Part shown: piece after piece, positions 12,877 to 26,220 of the stretch
Numbering within the stretch: the stretch's first letter is position 1
How the letters are laid out: every line of letters starts with the position of its first letter
Origin: the human T2T-CHM13v2.0 reference genome, Homo sapiens
Reading direction: 5' to 3' (one strand)
Assembly (NCBI RefSeq): GCF_009914755.1
Contig: NC_060941.1
DNA length: 64,000 nt
Notes under the pieces: generated by a model
Database searches by the model: none
Seen by the model: the letters and a program-made list of their open reading frames with translations, nothing else
What the model was told of the DNA's origin: nothing
Program-made: the position numbers and the translations under genes

Positions 12877-12910
12877 TGCAATAAGGATATATAGCCACTA
12901 GGTGGCAGTG
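12877..12910 (+). promoter_or_regulatory. CTCF binding motif (core plus upstream ZF9-11 module)
   Basis: Core TAGCCACTAGGTGGCAGTG (12892-12910) fits CCASYAGRKGGCRS exactly. TGCAATA starts at 12877, 18 bp before CCAC. The site is in non-repetitive sequence. Confidence 0.7.
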
Positions 12911-13029
12911 GGTGTGATCAAATCCAAACTATAGCAAAGGTGCTGATGAGACCAAATTTATTTTCCATTCATTCTTTAATTTTCTTAAATTTATTACGTC
13001 AGAAACCTAATATTTGCTTTTAAAATAGC

Positions 13030-13173
13030 ATTCTTAAATCTTTTGAGAACCTAATAAAGGCAGATGACACTCCCTCCTGAAAAATACAAATACATATACA
13101 TATTCATATTCAATCAACAGTTTGTATATGATTGAGGGGAATTAATAGATTCATCCAAAGTTAAAAACCTCTG
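13030..13173. mobile_element. hAT-Charlie MITE (Charlie4z-like)
   Basis: ctttgagaacctaataaag...gaaaaatacaaatacata...tttgtatatg...gttaaaaacctctg resembles the Charlie4z consensus. Confidence 0.55.
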
Positions 13174-13291
13174 CTGTAAAGGTAAAGATGAGGGCTCCAC
13201 CTTTGCAAAATGTCTAAGATGCATTTTCAGCTTTAATACCATAGGTCCTTAAAACAAGCAATAGAAGGAATCTTGGCAAAAACTTCTGGAC

Positions 13292-13465
13292 CAGTGGTCA
13301 TCTACATGGCAGCATTTTAGAATCACCTGAGGAGGTCTTAAAATTGCTGATGCCTGGGCTCCACAGAATCACTAGAATTTCTAGGGATGGTGCTGGCATC
13401 ACATTAGTGTTTTAAACAATCTCCCCAAGGTGATTCTAACATGCGTCTAGTGGTCAGAATCACTG
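13292..13465. mobile_element. MER5-family hAT MITE
   Basis: TIR-like ends cagtgg.../...gaatcactg; internal tagaatcacctg...ggtgattcta palindrome. Confidence 0.75.
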
Positions 13466-13515
13466 GTTCTGAAGGATTCATTCATTTTATGAGTGAAGAC
13501 ACTGAAAACCTAAGC

Positions 13516-13705
13516 CAATGGTTCTTAAACTTGGCTGCACATTGGAATCAACTGGGGATCTTTAAAAATTAAGGATGTCTGGGCCCCATCCCCAGAGACT
13601 GACTGAATTGATGTGGAAGTGTGGCCTGAGAATGGAGGTGGGTGGGGGCTGGTGGCTAACACTTCCCAGGTGATTCTAATGTGGAGCTAAGTTTGAGAGT
13701 CACTG
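13516..13705. mobile_element. MER5A1-like hAT MITE
   Basis: caatggttcttaaacttggctgcacattggaatca...cccaggtgattctaatgtg...gtttgagagtcactg. Confidence 0.8.
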
Positions 13706-14504
13706 GGCTGTGGGAGTTGCATAGAGGCACCATTGTAACTAATCCTTTTTGTCATTGATCACTGTTGAACCCAACTCTGGTATTATCACCACCTTTGAGT
13801 AGTGTATTTTGATTTTTCCAAGGATTCATCCTTTGAAGTCATTCTCCACCAGAACCTTGTTGTGACTCTGAAACTTCAGGTCACTCTGGCATCAAAAGCA
13901 CCCCTGGTTGTTTATCTTCCCCTCTCTCTGTTCGGGTTTTCTTTGTCTCATTCTCAAGCGAGCTGGTTCCCCACTGCTGAACACAGACTGATTAGGTGGA
14001 CAGTCTGGATTTGCCCTTAAATACCCTTCACAGGGCAGGAAGATTTGTCATTTCTTCTGGTTTCTGTATACCTCGTCTCTTCTAGTGAGCTGAGAAGGAA
14101 AGCTTCCAGTTACATGATTCACTTCTATGTTTCAAGAAATTCTCCTCAAATTTCTCAAATTGGAACTCTTCACTTTGCGCTTAGAGATGGGAATAGTATC
14201 CTGGCCCAGAAAGCATTCTCAGTTGTGATGCTTAAATTTAAAAGCAATTTCATCACAAGCCGCAGCTTCTACAGATTATAATGGACACAATGCTTTTCCA
14301 AGCAGTTGATATCCTTTGCCACAAAATATTGCAGTTTGAACAGAAGTTGAACAGAACTTTGCATGAGTGTTCAAAGTGGAAATTTACTGTAATTTTGCCA
14401 CTCATCAAATCAACAAACCATCAATTGTAGGAGTATGGTAGTAAGTTTTTAGGGGGCTATTAAGGGAGATATCCAGCAACACCAACAGGCATCAGAGCAT
14501 ATGA

Positions 14505-14660
14505 GTAGCTTTGCTACTCAAGATGGTGTTGGTGGGTCAGCCACATCAGCATCACCTGAGAGCTTGTGGGAAATGCAGAATCCCAGACTCTACCTCTCCT
14601 GCTGAATTAGAACCTGTAATTTGGTGAAATCACTTGGCAATTAGAGTTTGAGAAGCACTG
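14505..14660. mobile_element. MER5A hAT MITE
   Basis: catcagcatcacctgagagcttgtgggaaatgcagaat...agtttgagaagcactg. Confidence 0.8.
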
Positions 14661-14669
14661 GGAAAGCTT

Positions 14670-14885
14670 GAGCATTGAAGTATGTTCCTCAGTTTGCTTT
14701 TTGGCCCTGTCTCTTACTATGTATGTGATCTTGGGCAAGATTCTTTGTCTTTCCAAGTTTCTTTGTCTGCTATTGAAGCCAATCATACCTGTAGGTCAGA
14801 GTTGTTTTAATGGTATAATCAGTTAAACCAAGTAAAGCACTTAAGACAGGTCCCCATACATAGCAAACACTGACTGTTAGCCATG
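14670..14885 (+). mobile_element. MIR SINE
   Basis: tgtgatcttgggcaag...gtaaagcacttaagacag...catacatagcaaacac. Confidence 0.7.
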
Positions 14886-15453
14886 ACCAGGCTATGAAGG
14901 CACATCCACAGCTCATGGAAAATGAATCAAATGAATGAAAGAACCAAAGGCAATGCATTGGTGTCCTTAGACCAGGCAGGGCCCATGGGATTGTGTGTGG
15001 GATGAAGGTCCCTGGACTCAAGCCTTCCTGTGGTTGGCTCCTGTCTGAGGCACATCCTCTGGGGATGAAAGGAATTTGTGGAGCTTGGTCAGGGTTTTGG
15101 ACATTGAAAGCACATGCTTTGTTGGTTTGGGATGTGGGTTGAGAGTCCTGCAGTAATAATGAAAACAATAATAACACAAGTACCATAGATTGAGAACTTA
15201 CTATGTATTGGGTACTCTGCTAGGCACTTTATGCGTAATAGCGAATGGATCCTGTAATATTTCTTAGATGTGAAAGTTTCTAATCCCACATTAGCAGAAA
15301 AATCCTGTCCCCTTCTATAAGAGCCTTTTACCCCAACTCTTCCAGGAAGCAGCTTTCCAACTTTAAAGATTGCCCCATAAGGAACACTTGGTTTGAATGT
15401 AGAAAACCAGTGAACCCTGCTTTAATCCCTTACCCCTCAAATCTGGCTGCCTG

Positions 15454-15623
15454 CAGACCCTTGCTACCCAAAGTGTGGTCCATGGACCAGGAGCAACTGC
15501 ATTCCATTGGAACTTGTTAGAAATGCAGAATCTTGGGCTCTTCCTCAAACCTACTGAATCTGAAGCTGCATTTTAACAAGATCCTCAGAGGATTTGTACA
15601 CATGATGAAGTTGAAGAAGACCT
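15454..15623. mobile_element. MER5A hAT MITE
   Basis: caaagtgtggtccatggaccag...cttgttagaaatgcagaatctt...cctactgaatctgaagctgcattttaacaagatcc. Confidence 0.85.
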
Positions 15624-15632
15624 CTCTTAGCT

Positions 15633-15819
15633 CAGTGATTATCAGCCCTTGTCACACATTGGAGTTGTGTGGGGAATTCTGAAAATACCAATGCCTGCCC
15701 CCATCCCAAAGATTCTAATTTACTTGGTCTATAGTAGGACCTGGCATTGATATTAAAAAAGAAACAAACAAAAACAAACTTCCACGTGGTTCTCCTGTCC
15801 AGAAAACTTTGAGAACTGA
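15633..15819. mobile_element. MER5A1/B-like hAT MITE
   Basis: cagtgatt...cacattgga...aaaataccaatgcctg...agattctaatttacttggtct...tttgagaactg. Confidence 0.7.
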
Positions 15820-16629
15820 GCTCTTAAAGTTTTGAGGGAACTGGAGGAAAGCTGTCAAATAAGGAAAAGATTCTTTGAAGATTTTGAATGTAGGTTCACA
15901 TCAAGATCTGCAAGATGCAGACTGGCTAGGCAGAGTGAGTGTGGCTGTCGTAACCAGTCCTCTCCTTAATGGGTGGGGCTGAAGGGAGTGGAAGACTCAG
16001 GCTTATCTGAGAGAGGGAGGAGGTCAGTATGGAGCTTTGAAAGGAGACCCCTGGGCAAAAGCGGGCACAAGTAGAAATAAAAAGATTGTTTAGGGGACCA
16101 AGCGAAGTCATGAAGAGATGCACCGTACCTAGCGTTGCAGTTCCCTGAGTCCAGCACCTTAGAGGCTTGCTGTGGGCTTGCTTTTCGTAGATGGGGAGCA
16201 GGAGAGACCCAGCATGTTTGCCTGACCTCACCCCCTCCTAAAGAGCCTGTCCTGGGGCCTCTGGGGAGAGTGGGGTGCCCATTCCTGGCAGTAGCAATGA
16301 GATCATGTGCTGAGGTTACAGAATGTTGATGTCCAACTTCACTTTATCAAGAGTGACATCATCTGGAGACAATAAATATTCATGCCCATCTACATACCAC
16401 TGTGAGTTGTATAAAAGAACAGCCAGTCATCCTGCCTGTTGTCAAAGCCATATCCATTAATGGCAGACAAAGGGAGCCAAGGGTCATGACTCTCTAAGCT
16501 TCATGGAGACCCAGAATGGAGGCTGCACAGGTGGCAGAGGAGCACTCTGCCACAGTCCTGCATGCCCTGGTTCCCATCCCCCCACGCCTCTCTGACCTCA
16601 ACCCCTACTACCTTCTGCTTCCCTCCCAG

Positions 16630-17020
16630 GCTGCAGACACACTAGTCTTCTCCAGACACACTGTTTCTTCTCATGCTGTTTGTATTCTTGCATTGAGATA
16701 CTTCCCCCTTTCTGTTTCTGTAGCCCCAAATTTTCTAGCACTAGGTATTTGTTTTGTGGAATCTGTTGCTCAAGCAGCACTGTTTTGGAGAGGCCTTTCC
16801 TAACCTTCTCTGTTACCATCTCCGGCTTTACTTTTCTCAGAGCACTTACATCATCTAACATCATACATTTGTCGGTTCATGTGTTTATTATCTGTCACCA
16901 TCAGAATTTAAGCCCCAGGTACACAAGGGTTTTATCTTCCTATCATTGTGGTATCCTAGGACCAAGAACATCACTTGGAAAATCCTAGTTGCTCAAGAGC
17001 TGTTTGTTCAGGGAATGATG
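16630..17020 (+). mobile_element. L2 3' fragment
   Basis: ttttctcagagcacttac...tgtggtatcctaggaccaagaaca...gttgctcaa...tttgttcagggaatga. Confidence 0.55.
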
Positions 17021-17232
17021 AAAGATGACATAGTCCTTTACTTGGATGGGCGTAGGATCCAAGCACAGATGCTGGTTATGCAGCTGCTGCATGCTGAAGA
17101 ACTCCCTTCAAGACTGCATCCCATGTAGTAGCCCTCTCTGTAAAGTAAGTATGGTGTCCGTCACTTGCATAAACCATAGGCTGGTCACCAGCCAGCTGGT
17201 TGAGCCAGAAGGTCCTGGTATCCGGTGCCCAG

Positions 17233-17544
<312 letters not shown>

Positions 17545-18165
17545 TGCCCAGGCTTCTTACTGAGCCCTGTGGCCCCTCTCCTCCTATCTGGGGCTGACCC
17601 AGAACTCCATGGGTCAGCGCAGCCAGGGACTGGGAGCTTCGCTTCCATGGCTGGGCTCAGAGGGACTGTTACCCAGGGTGCCCTTCCAGTTCTTTCCACC
17701 CTGCTAAGAAAGCACGGGTGGCTTGGAAGCCCAGGCAACCCAGAGAGTCCCTGTTCCCAGGGACAGGTTTAGGGCTGCCCATGAAGCCAGAAAACCTGGG
17801 CTGTGCAGCTGAACTGGGAAACTTCTGGTGAGTCTCAGCTTCTCACAGGAAGTAGGACTTTTCTTTTCTCAGTCATCCCCAAAGAAACAGAACTGTTGTT
17901 CTGGAGGAGTCTGAGATGATAGCCTCATAAGGTTTTGGAGCCCTATGGAGATGGTGAGATTAGCTGGCCAGAATTATGCTTGGCCTGTGAGGAAACTGAG
18001 GCACACAGGGGTCACTTAAGTGGGAGGTGACATCAATGTAGGTATAAAGCAATCGAAGCGCATCTGACACAAAAGCGAGACAATTTTAAGTCTTCACTCT
18101 CCAATATATTGGTTCCTAGCCACATGCGACTGTTGAGCACTAATTGTTAAAATTAATTTTACCTA

Positions 18166-18476
<311 letters not shown>

Positions 18477-18718
18477 TGAGGAGTGTATTTAAGTGTGATG
18501 ATCTGATTTCTGTTTTCTGATTGCCAAGTAGTGGACAGCACAGGTTAATGAGAGAACTTTCTATGACTTTCCCTGACTTCTCTTTCCACAGGAAGACACC
18601 CTCCTATAGAGGGGCCAAGGTGATGTAGAAAGAGCTTGTAGGTTTCACAGTAAGACAAACCAAAGACCAAATTGCCCCTTGGTTTGGACAGCCTGGACCT
18701 TAGTCCAGGGCTCTTAAA

Positions 18719-18960
18719 TAGGAGTTGGCAAACGTTTTCCAGAAAGGGCCAGATCGTCAATATTTTAGGCTCTGCAGGCCATAAGATCTCTGTGGCAACT
18801 ACCCAGTTCTGCCCTTGAAGCACAAGAGCAGCCATAGATGATAAGTAAATGAATGGATGCGTGTTTTCATAAAATTTGGACATATGTTTCCATAAAATGT
18901 CATTTACAGTAGCAGGTAACGGGCAGGGTTTGGCCTGTGGGCTCTAGTTTGTCAGCCCCT
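18719..18960. mobile_element. MER58A hAT-Charlie MITE
   Basis: ggagttggcaaac...aagggccagatcgtcaatattttaggct...tttggcctgtggg...tagtttgtcagcccct; probable 8-bp TSD CTCTTAAA/CTCTGAAA. Confidence 0.85.
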
Positions 18961-19544
18961 CTCTGAAAGTCCCAGCCATCTTCCATGCGGTATTTCCTTC
19001 CACGTGGAATGTGACTAGAGACACGTCCTTCTCTGGGATCCCATAGGGGAATGGATGGCAAACACAGAGCTGTGAGCCCAGGAGGTGCCCTGCCAATGTC
19101 AGGTCCCATTCCCCTCTTTCCTTCCCTGAGGCTGTAGCCAAGGTATTGCTTGATTCTGATTTTATAGCTGGTTGAACCAGGGTTCATGAGGCCTGATGAA
19201 TGAATCATGTTGCAGCAGGGCCCAGGGTCTCTAGGGTGCAAATGGAGAGGCAGCAGGTGTAGACAACTGTTCTTTGCAAAGCTCGGCTGTCAGGGAGAGA
19301 AGAGGCGGGAAGGGTGTGAAACAGGGTGTGCTCATCCTATGTGAGGGGTGAAGGGTGGGGGGAAATATGAAAACATGCCCATGCTGGAGAAAGAGAGCTG
19401 GTGGAGAAGGGTACAGAGGGGAGGGGTGCAGGAAGGGAGGGACCTGGGCAGGCCTTGGTTCTCCTCAGCCATGACCTTCTCAGTGGCTTTTTTCTATCAC
19501 TTAGGTGATGAGGTTGAAAGCATGGTTATTAAATTTATAAGTGA

Positions 19545-19951
<407 letters not shown>

Positions 19952-20619
19952 CCATTTTCCATTTAACAAGACCCCCTCTGCTGGCCAAAGCTCACCTTTC
20001 CTTCTGTGCCTGGGACCCCATCTGTTCCTGGTCCACAGAATCTTGCTCTCTGGACTTCCACCCTTCCCCTCCTGCGCCCTTCTCTAGCAGCTCTGCTCCT
20101 CCAGCCTGGGGATATGTTCAGCCTCTTCACCCTCACGTAGGATGAGCCCACCCTCCTTTTCACACTCTTCCTGTCTCTTCTCTCCCCGACAGCCAAACTT
20201 TGCAAAACACTTATCTACACCTGCTGCCTCTCCTTCAGCTCCCCTTACCTCCTCCTCAGCCCATCTCCTCCGCTCCACTACCAGGCACCCTCCTTCCCAC
20301 AGTTTTGGGGGGTTCTGGGAACAGCTTCTTTTTTGGCTCTGCCATCAGAAACCCTGCCACTCCTTCCATGGACACCAAAGCTCTGCCTACTCAAACACAT
20401 TTGGGTCCTTATGGGGACTCACTCTCTGTCTTCTATAGCTCCCCAGCCATGCTCTGCTCTTTGCTTGGTCTGGAATGTTCTCTTTTCGTTCACTTTCCCT
20501 CAGCCTAGCCTGCTCTTCCTTATCTCCCAGGCTCCCGCGTGGCTCTCACTTCCCTGGCTCCCTGCCCGGGGGCCTTTCTCCACTGGTCCTTGGTGGCATC
20601 CTGGGCTCCTCCGTCCTTG

Positions 20620-20915
20620 CAGAGAGGCAGTGGAGCGGGCTGACTAGGACTGTTGGCCCCAGTTTGGAACCCCGCTCTGCCTTCACTAGCTGGAAGTAGG
20701 GCTTGATCACTTTACTTAACCTTCCGTGCTTCAGTTTCCTGATCTGTAAACTGGGTATAAACTCTCCTACTTGTGTTGTGAAGATTGACTTAACCACCTC
20801 TGGGCTGTCTGGTTTCTCTAAGGTGTGTCTGGTATCAGCATAGCTCACCTGACAATCTCTAATCCCTGGCTCAGAGCCTGGCATACTCAAGCTGTCCAGT
20901 AAGTACTCACAAAGT
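20620..20915 (+). mobile_element. MIR SINE
   Basis: ttacttaaccttccgtgcttcagtttcctgatctgtaaactggg core. Confidence 0.75.
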
Positions 20916-23900
20916 GACTAGCAATGATGTGAACCCCATATTTGGGTCAGAAGTCCCAGTAAGTCCCACGGGGAACAGTAGGTCATATGGCAGAGTCACG
21001 AAGGTTTAGGATGAAAGAACAGAGCAAGTTGAGATGTCTGGAAACAGCTATGTCTTTAGACTGCTTTGAAACAACCTGGAATCCAGATCCAAGGTGGTGG
21101 CATGCCAGCTGTTTTCATGGCTGGAGTGTGATGCCTGAGTTCCTGTGTCTTGTTGTAGACACTCGTGCCCCTGGCCTGCCAGAGAGAGTGATACGGCTCC
21201 CAGGAAAGCTGGAGAACGCTGTTCTTCAAATCATATTAGCAACTAACAGTACTTTTAAAATGCTTTCCATGGACTGACCTATCTAATTCTTGTAACAAGC
21301 CCATGAGGCAGGTACCATTATAATGCCCACTTCATAGATGAGGAAACAGGTTCAATGGGGATTAGAAGCTTAACCAAGGTCACACAGCCAGGAGGGGGTG
21401 CTGACTGATCTGGGCGCTAAACACAGACCCTAGAGCTCAAGCCCTGAGGTCAAATTGACCAGAGGTACAGACAGGGCCCCGGGAGCCCCCTCCAGCTACG
21501 TGAATCCTGTTCTGAAGCCGTGTGTCTACACTTCTCATTTGTCCCAGTGCATGGATCTAGGGCTGTGGGGAGGACACCAGAGGAGGCCACTGCTTGCTCA
21601 GCACAAGGGCAGGCGTTCTCCTGATGTGAGCCCCTCTGCTCCAGGTCGGACCACCTTGCCATGCAACGAGCTGCTCACTCCGTGATGATTTTAAGCAAAG
21701 GAGAGGAGCAACTTGGGCATTTCCAGCTTGAGAGGAAGGCTGGCCTAGCAACTTCCAAGGTCCTACTTTTCGTGTGTCATAATAGAAACAGTAGCTGGGA
21801 TTTGTTGAGGGCTGACTGTCCACGCCCTGGGCTAGGAGCCTTCGTTATCATAGTCCTCGTGTAGGCAGTGTCCCCCTCCCAGTAGATAGGAGGCTACAGC
21901 GACATGGAGTGATGGGCAGCCTGCCCGCAGGCGCAGGGCTTGTCGATGTCAGGGTGTGGTCTGACCTAGGCAGCCCAGTATCCAGGACTCACTCTCTCAC
22001 TGGCTGCACTTCTCTTGGGATTCTGTGACCCAGGGTCAGAGCCCAGGCGAAACTTATGGCCAAATCACCATTCTATTCTCAGTGCCAGGCTTGTCCTGCG
22101 AGGAAGCGTTAATTCATCATTTTATGCCATTCAGAAAGGGAGTGCTAAGCACCTGTGTTCTTCTCCTGGGACATAAGTGGCTTTTCTCAGCATAGGATTG
22201 CCTTAAGGACAGGTGTGCCCAGAAGCAAAGCTTTCCAGAAGCCAGAGGAGCTGCCCTTGTGATGATGGGACCAGCTGTGCCCAACTTGTCCCACCCTTAG
22301 GGCTTCGTCCTGCCTGGTGGCTGCACAGGCTTGGCCAGAAAGGACCCATCCCCTGCCCCTCCCATCAAGGAGGCAGCCCGAATTGGGGACAGAGAGAGCC
22401 TACTTTCCCCACGTGGCCGGGGGAGAAAGGAGAACCACGGAGCTGGCTCACTAATCACTCACCCCTACGCCCAGGGAGCCAGAGGATTTAGAATATGGCC
22501 GGGCTGTTCCCAAAATGAGGTGCCGGTCAGAGGGAAAGCCAAAGCACGGAGGACAGGGTTAGAATTCGCAATTACCTCCATGAGTTGGCAAAACGAAGGA
22601 AGCAACAGAGCGCGGTGCAGTGACAGGAGCGAGAGGGTGCTGGGCAAGGGCGGCCCTGAGCAGCAGGAAGTGAGGGAGAGCAGCCATATGCTCCTGGCCC
22701 CCAGGGATGTGGAGCGTGGAGCTCTCACCAGGAGGGAGAGCCCAGCCTCCATCTGAGTGGCCTTTAGCGGTCTTTTCCTCATGGGCTTAATGTCCGTTGC
22801 CTACAGAGTAAAGGCTATTTGGGAAACCAAAGATGGAGGAGGAGACGGCATCCGTAGCTAGATGTGCCACACCAACTGTGTACTGAACACTTCGTTAGGG
22901 CCTACAGGAGCTGAAAGGTGGATTAGACACAGTCCTGGCCTCAGGGGCTTAACTCCAGGAGCAGAAAGACGAGACAATACAAGAAAATAATTGACTCTAC
23001 AGGTGCCCCTCCAGAATTATAGGCCACATGCTCAGAACGCTCAGAGGGAGGTTGTGTGGTCGGAGTGATCATCACCGAGTGCTTGAAGGGCAGGTAAGAT
23101 TGAATGGGCGAGGAGGAGAGTGGAGGGTACTCCTGGAGGATGGAAAACTGGGGTCCACAAGAGCCTGGAGAACAGCGATGCATAAGGGACTAAAGGTTTG
23201 CAGAAGGGCACAGTGATCAATTCCTTTGGAAAGATTGGTTGTGGCTTTGCTGTAAACAGACAGGAGTGATTAAAGATTTGGGACAACAGCCAGGAAGGAA
23301 CTGGAACTCTGTGTTCTAGTGTGGAAGGCTGCTCTGAGCAGGAGGAATTTTTTTTTTTTTTCATTAAACATATGGACTGTGTCCCTGGTGGGGTGGAAGA
23401 TGTGTGGGAGCAGGTAGGGGTCGCTGCTGTGGAGGTGGCAAATGGCTCAGTTGTTCTAATGGCGTGGGAATGGGGCAAGGTTGGACCCTCCAAAGGGGCT
23501 TGGAGAGGAGGCTTTTGGGGGCCTACAGTGAGAAACCCACAGAGGAGGAGATGTGAGGAGCATAGTTCATTAGCAGCACCTTGAGAGCCAGAGAAGGAGG
23601 ATGGCAAGATGGGACTCCAGATTCATTGATTCCTTCGTTCATTCAAAAGTGATTTTGGTCCTTTATTGGATGTCAAGTGTCAGCAATACAGTGAACAAAA
23701 CAAAGTCCCTAGTCTCATGGTGTTTACATTCAGCTGGAGGAGGCAGAAAATAAACCCACGGACATATACTTGAAATCAGGCAATAAGGCTTTGAAGAGAA
23801 AGAGAGCAGGAAAAGAAAGTAGGAAGTGATGAGAAGTGAAATGAAGGAACCTGATTTGAGGAAGGACCACTGAAGCCGAGACCCAAATGACTGAGCCATG

Positions 23901-24168
23901 TGTGACCATCTGGAGAAAGGGTGTTTAGGGCAGAAGTGAAATCCTGCTTGGTATGAAGAAGAGACCAGAGTGGTTGGAGTAGAGAGAGCCAGGATAGAGA
24001 CATGTTAAGGGCTAGAAGTCAGAGATGAGGGGCTTTATGGGTCACACTACATCTTGAGTTTCATTCTGGATGTCATGGGAGTTCTTGTAGGGCTTATAGC
24101 GAGTAGAGATATGATCTGACATGTGGTTTTCATAATCATTCTGGCCACCATCTTGAGACTAGATTCTG

Positions 24169-24475
<307 letters not shown>

Positions 24476-24624
24476 GAGACTAGATTCTGGAGGGGCAAAG
24501 GTGGCGGAGGGGAGGTGGCCTAGGAAGTGGAAACTATTGCATCACCCGGGTGATGGGAGGGAGATGGGACTTGGACTGGAATGTCAGTGATGGAAGATGT
24601 GAGAAAGACTTTCTTCAGGGTTTA

Positions 24625-25130
24625 TTTTTCTTAACTTGTTATTTTGAACAATTTCAAACCAATGGAATATTTGCAAGAATGATACAGTGAACACCCATAC
24701 CCCCTTACTAGTTGTTAACGTTGTAACATATTTGCTTCTCTTTATCTCTCTGTCTTCCTCCCTCTCCTTTTCCTTAACATCATCATCATCGTTGTCACCA
24801 CCACCACCACCATCATCATCATCACCATCACCAATACCATCATCATCCTCACCATGACCATCACCACTGCCATTGACATCACCACCACCATCATCACCAT
24901 CACCACCATTATCATCATCACCACAGCTGTCAACACCATCATCACCACGACCATCATCACCATCATCATCATCATCATTTTTGAACCATGTGAGAACAAG
25001 TTGCCAATATTATGACTCTTCATTCAGGACGACTTCAATAGGTATCTTCTCAGTTCAAGGATGTTCACTTACATAACTATGATACAATTACCAGGTTTAT
25101 GAAATTTGTCATTGTTTTAATACTAATATC
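24625..25130 (-). mobile_element. L1MC4/5-like 3' fragment containing a (CAT/CAC)n expansion
   Basis: ttattttgaacaatttcaaac...ttgcaagaat...cagtgaacacccata and ...gaaccatgtgagaacaagttgc...cttacataac flank the repeat. Confidence 0.65.
24778..24978. repeat. Imperfect (CAT/CAC)n trinucleotide repeat, ~200 bp
   Basis: catcatcatcatc...caccaccaccac...catcaccatcatcatcatcatcat. Confidence 0.95.
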
Positions 25131-25432
25131 TAAAGGAGAGTTCAGGATTTATTTGTAGGTATTTGCTAATGGATTGTATGGAGGGTACGAGGGGAAGACA
25201 GGAGTCACAGATGATTCCAAGGACTTTTGGCCAGACCAAACAGTTGATGAGCATGACCAGGTCAATCCAAGGACTTGAAATGAATAGCTGAGAGGTCTTA
25301 CCCAAAGGAAAATTGGAAATGTTTGAGTTTTGGCCGATGAGCTGAGCTGGGGTGTTCAGTTCTCCAGTGGACGTTGCCAGAGTAATTACAAGGGAAGTCA
25401 AAGAATCTGGTCTCTCCCTCCCCATCCCCGGT

Positions 25433-25440
<8 letters not shown>

Positions 25441-25504
<64 letters not shown>
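25441..25504. repeat. Compound microsatellite (CT)14(CA)18
   Basis: Read directly from the sequence. Confidence 0.97.
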
Positions 25505-25507
<3 letters not shown>

Positions 25508-25604
25508 CGCATGTACGTATACAGACTTTCTTCTCCCAGAGATCTAGACCTGAGTGTAGCCATGGGCATATCTCATCAGAATGATAAGCAAATCAATAAT
25601 GATG

Positions 25605-25750
25605 CATTGGACTGTAAGTGCCTTGAGTACAGGGATATGTCTGCTTTGCTCACTCTATTCACAGTGCCAGTGCATTTTGCACAGATCTTGGCACTTAGTA
25701 GGCATTCAATAACTATTTCTTGAATAAACAAGTGACAGAATGAATGCCCT
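25605..25750 (+). mobile_element. L2 3' end
   Basis: gactgtaagtgccttgagtacaggga...tggcacttagtaggcattcaataactatttcttgaataaa. Confidence 0.75.
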
Positions 25751-25829
25751 TATTTAATACATTATACAGAGTGCAACGATTATAATTATGTATGCTCACA
25801 AATAACTGAATTATCTAAAGTAAAAGTTA

Positions 25830-26220
25830 CTGCTACAGAAGAGAAGTTTCTCTCTTCTGTGAAAGAAGTCAGTTCAGGGATTCAGGGAGAATATGGGCTC
25901 TACAGTGTCCAGGCAACCAGATTCCTTCTATCTGGTTGCTCTGGCTTCCTAAGCACGTGCCTTCCATGTCATAGCCCAAGATGGCTGCCTGAGCTCATGC
26001 CATCATGTCTGCGTTCCAGACATCAGGAGGGAGAAAGGACCAAGAAGATCATACCTCGTTTCTTTAAGAACACTTGTTTGAAGTTGTCATACCACTCCTA
26101 CTTACATCACATTAACTAATGTGGTTTTTCTTTTCAGTGGCCTTGTGATCAATTAAAATATGGGAGTTCTTTGACTAGAGAAGAATGGCTATTGGGGGCT
26201 ATTAATGATTTGTGTCACAG
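25830..26220 (-). mobile_element. Ancient ERVL/MaLR LTR (LTR33/MLT1K-L-like)
   Basis: ccagattccttctatct...ccaagatggctgcc...catcatgtctgcgttccag motifs. Confidence 0.6.

Noticed and set aside
24742-25076. Poly-Met/Val and poly-Ser/Pro ORFs
   Set aside because: These are translations of the (CAT/CAC)n repeat, with no splice or promoter context.
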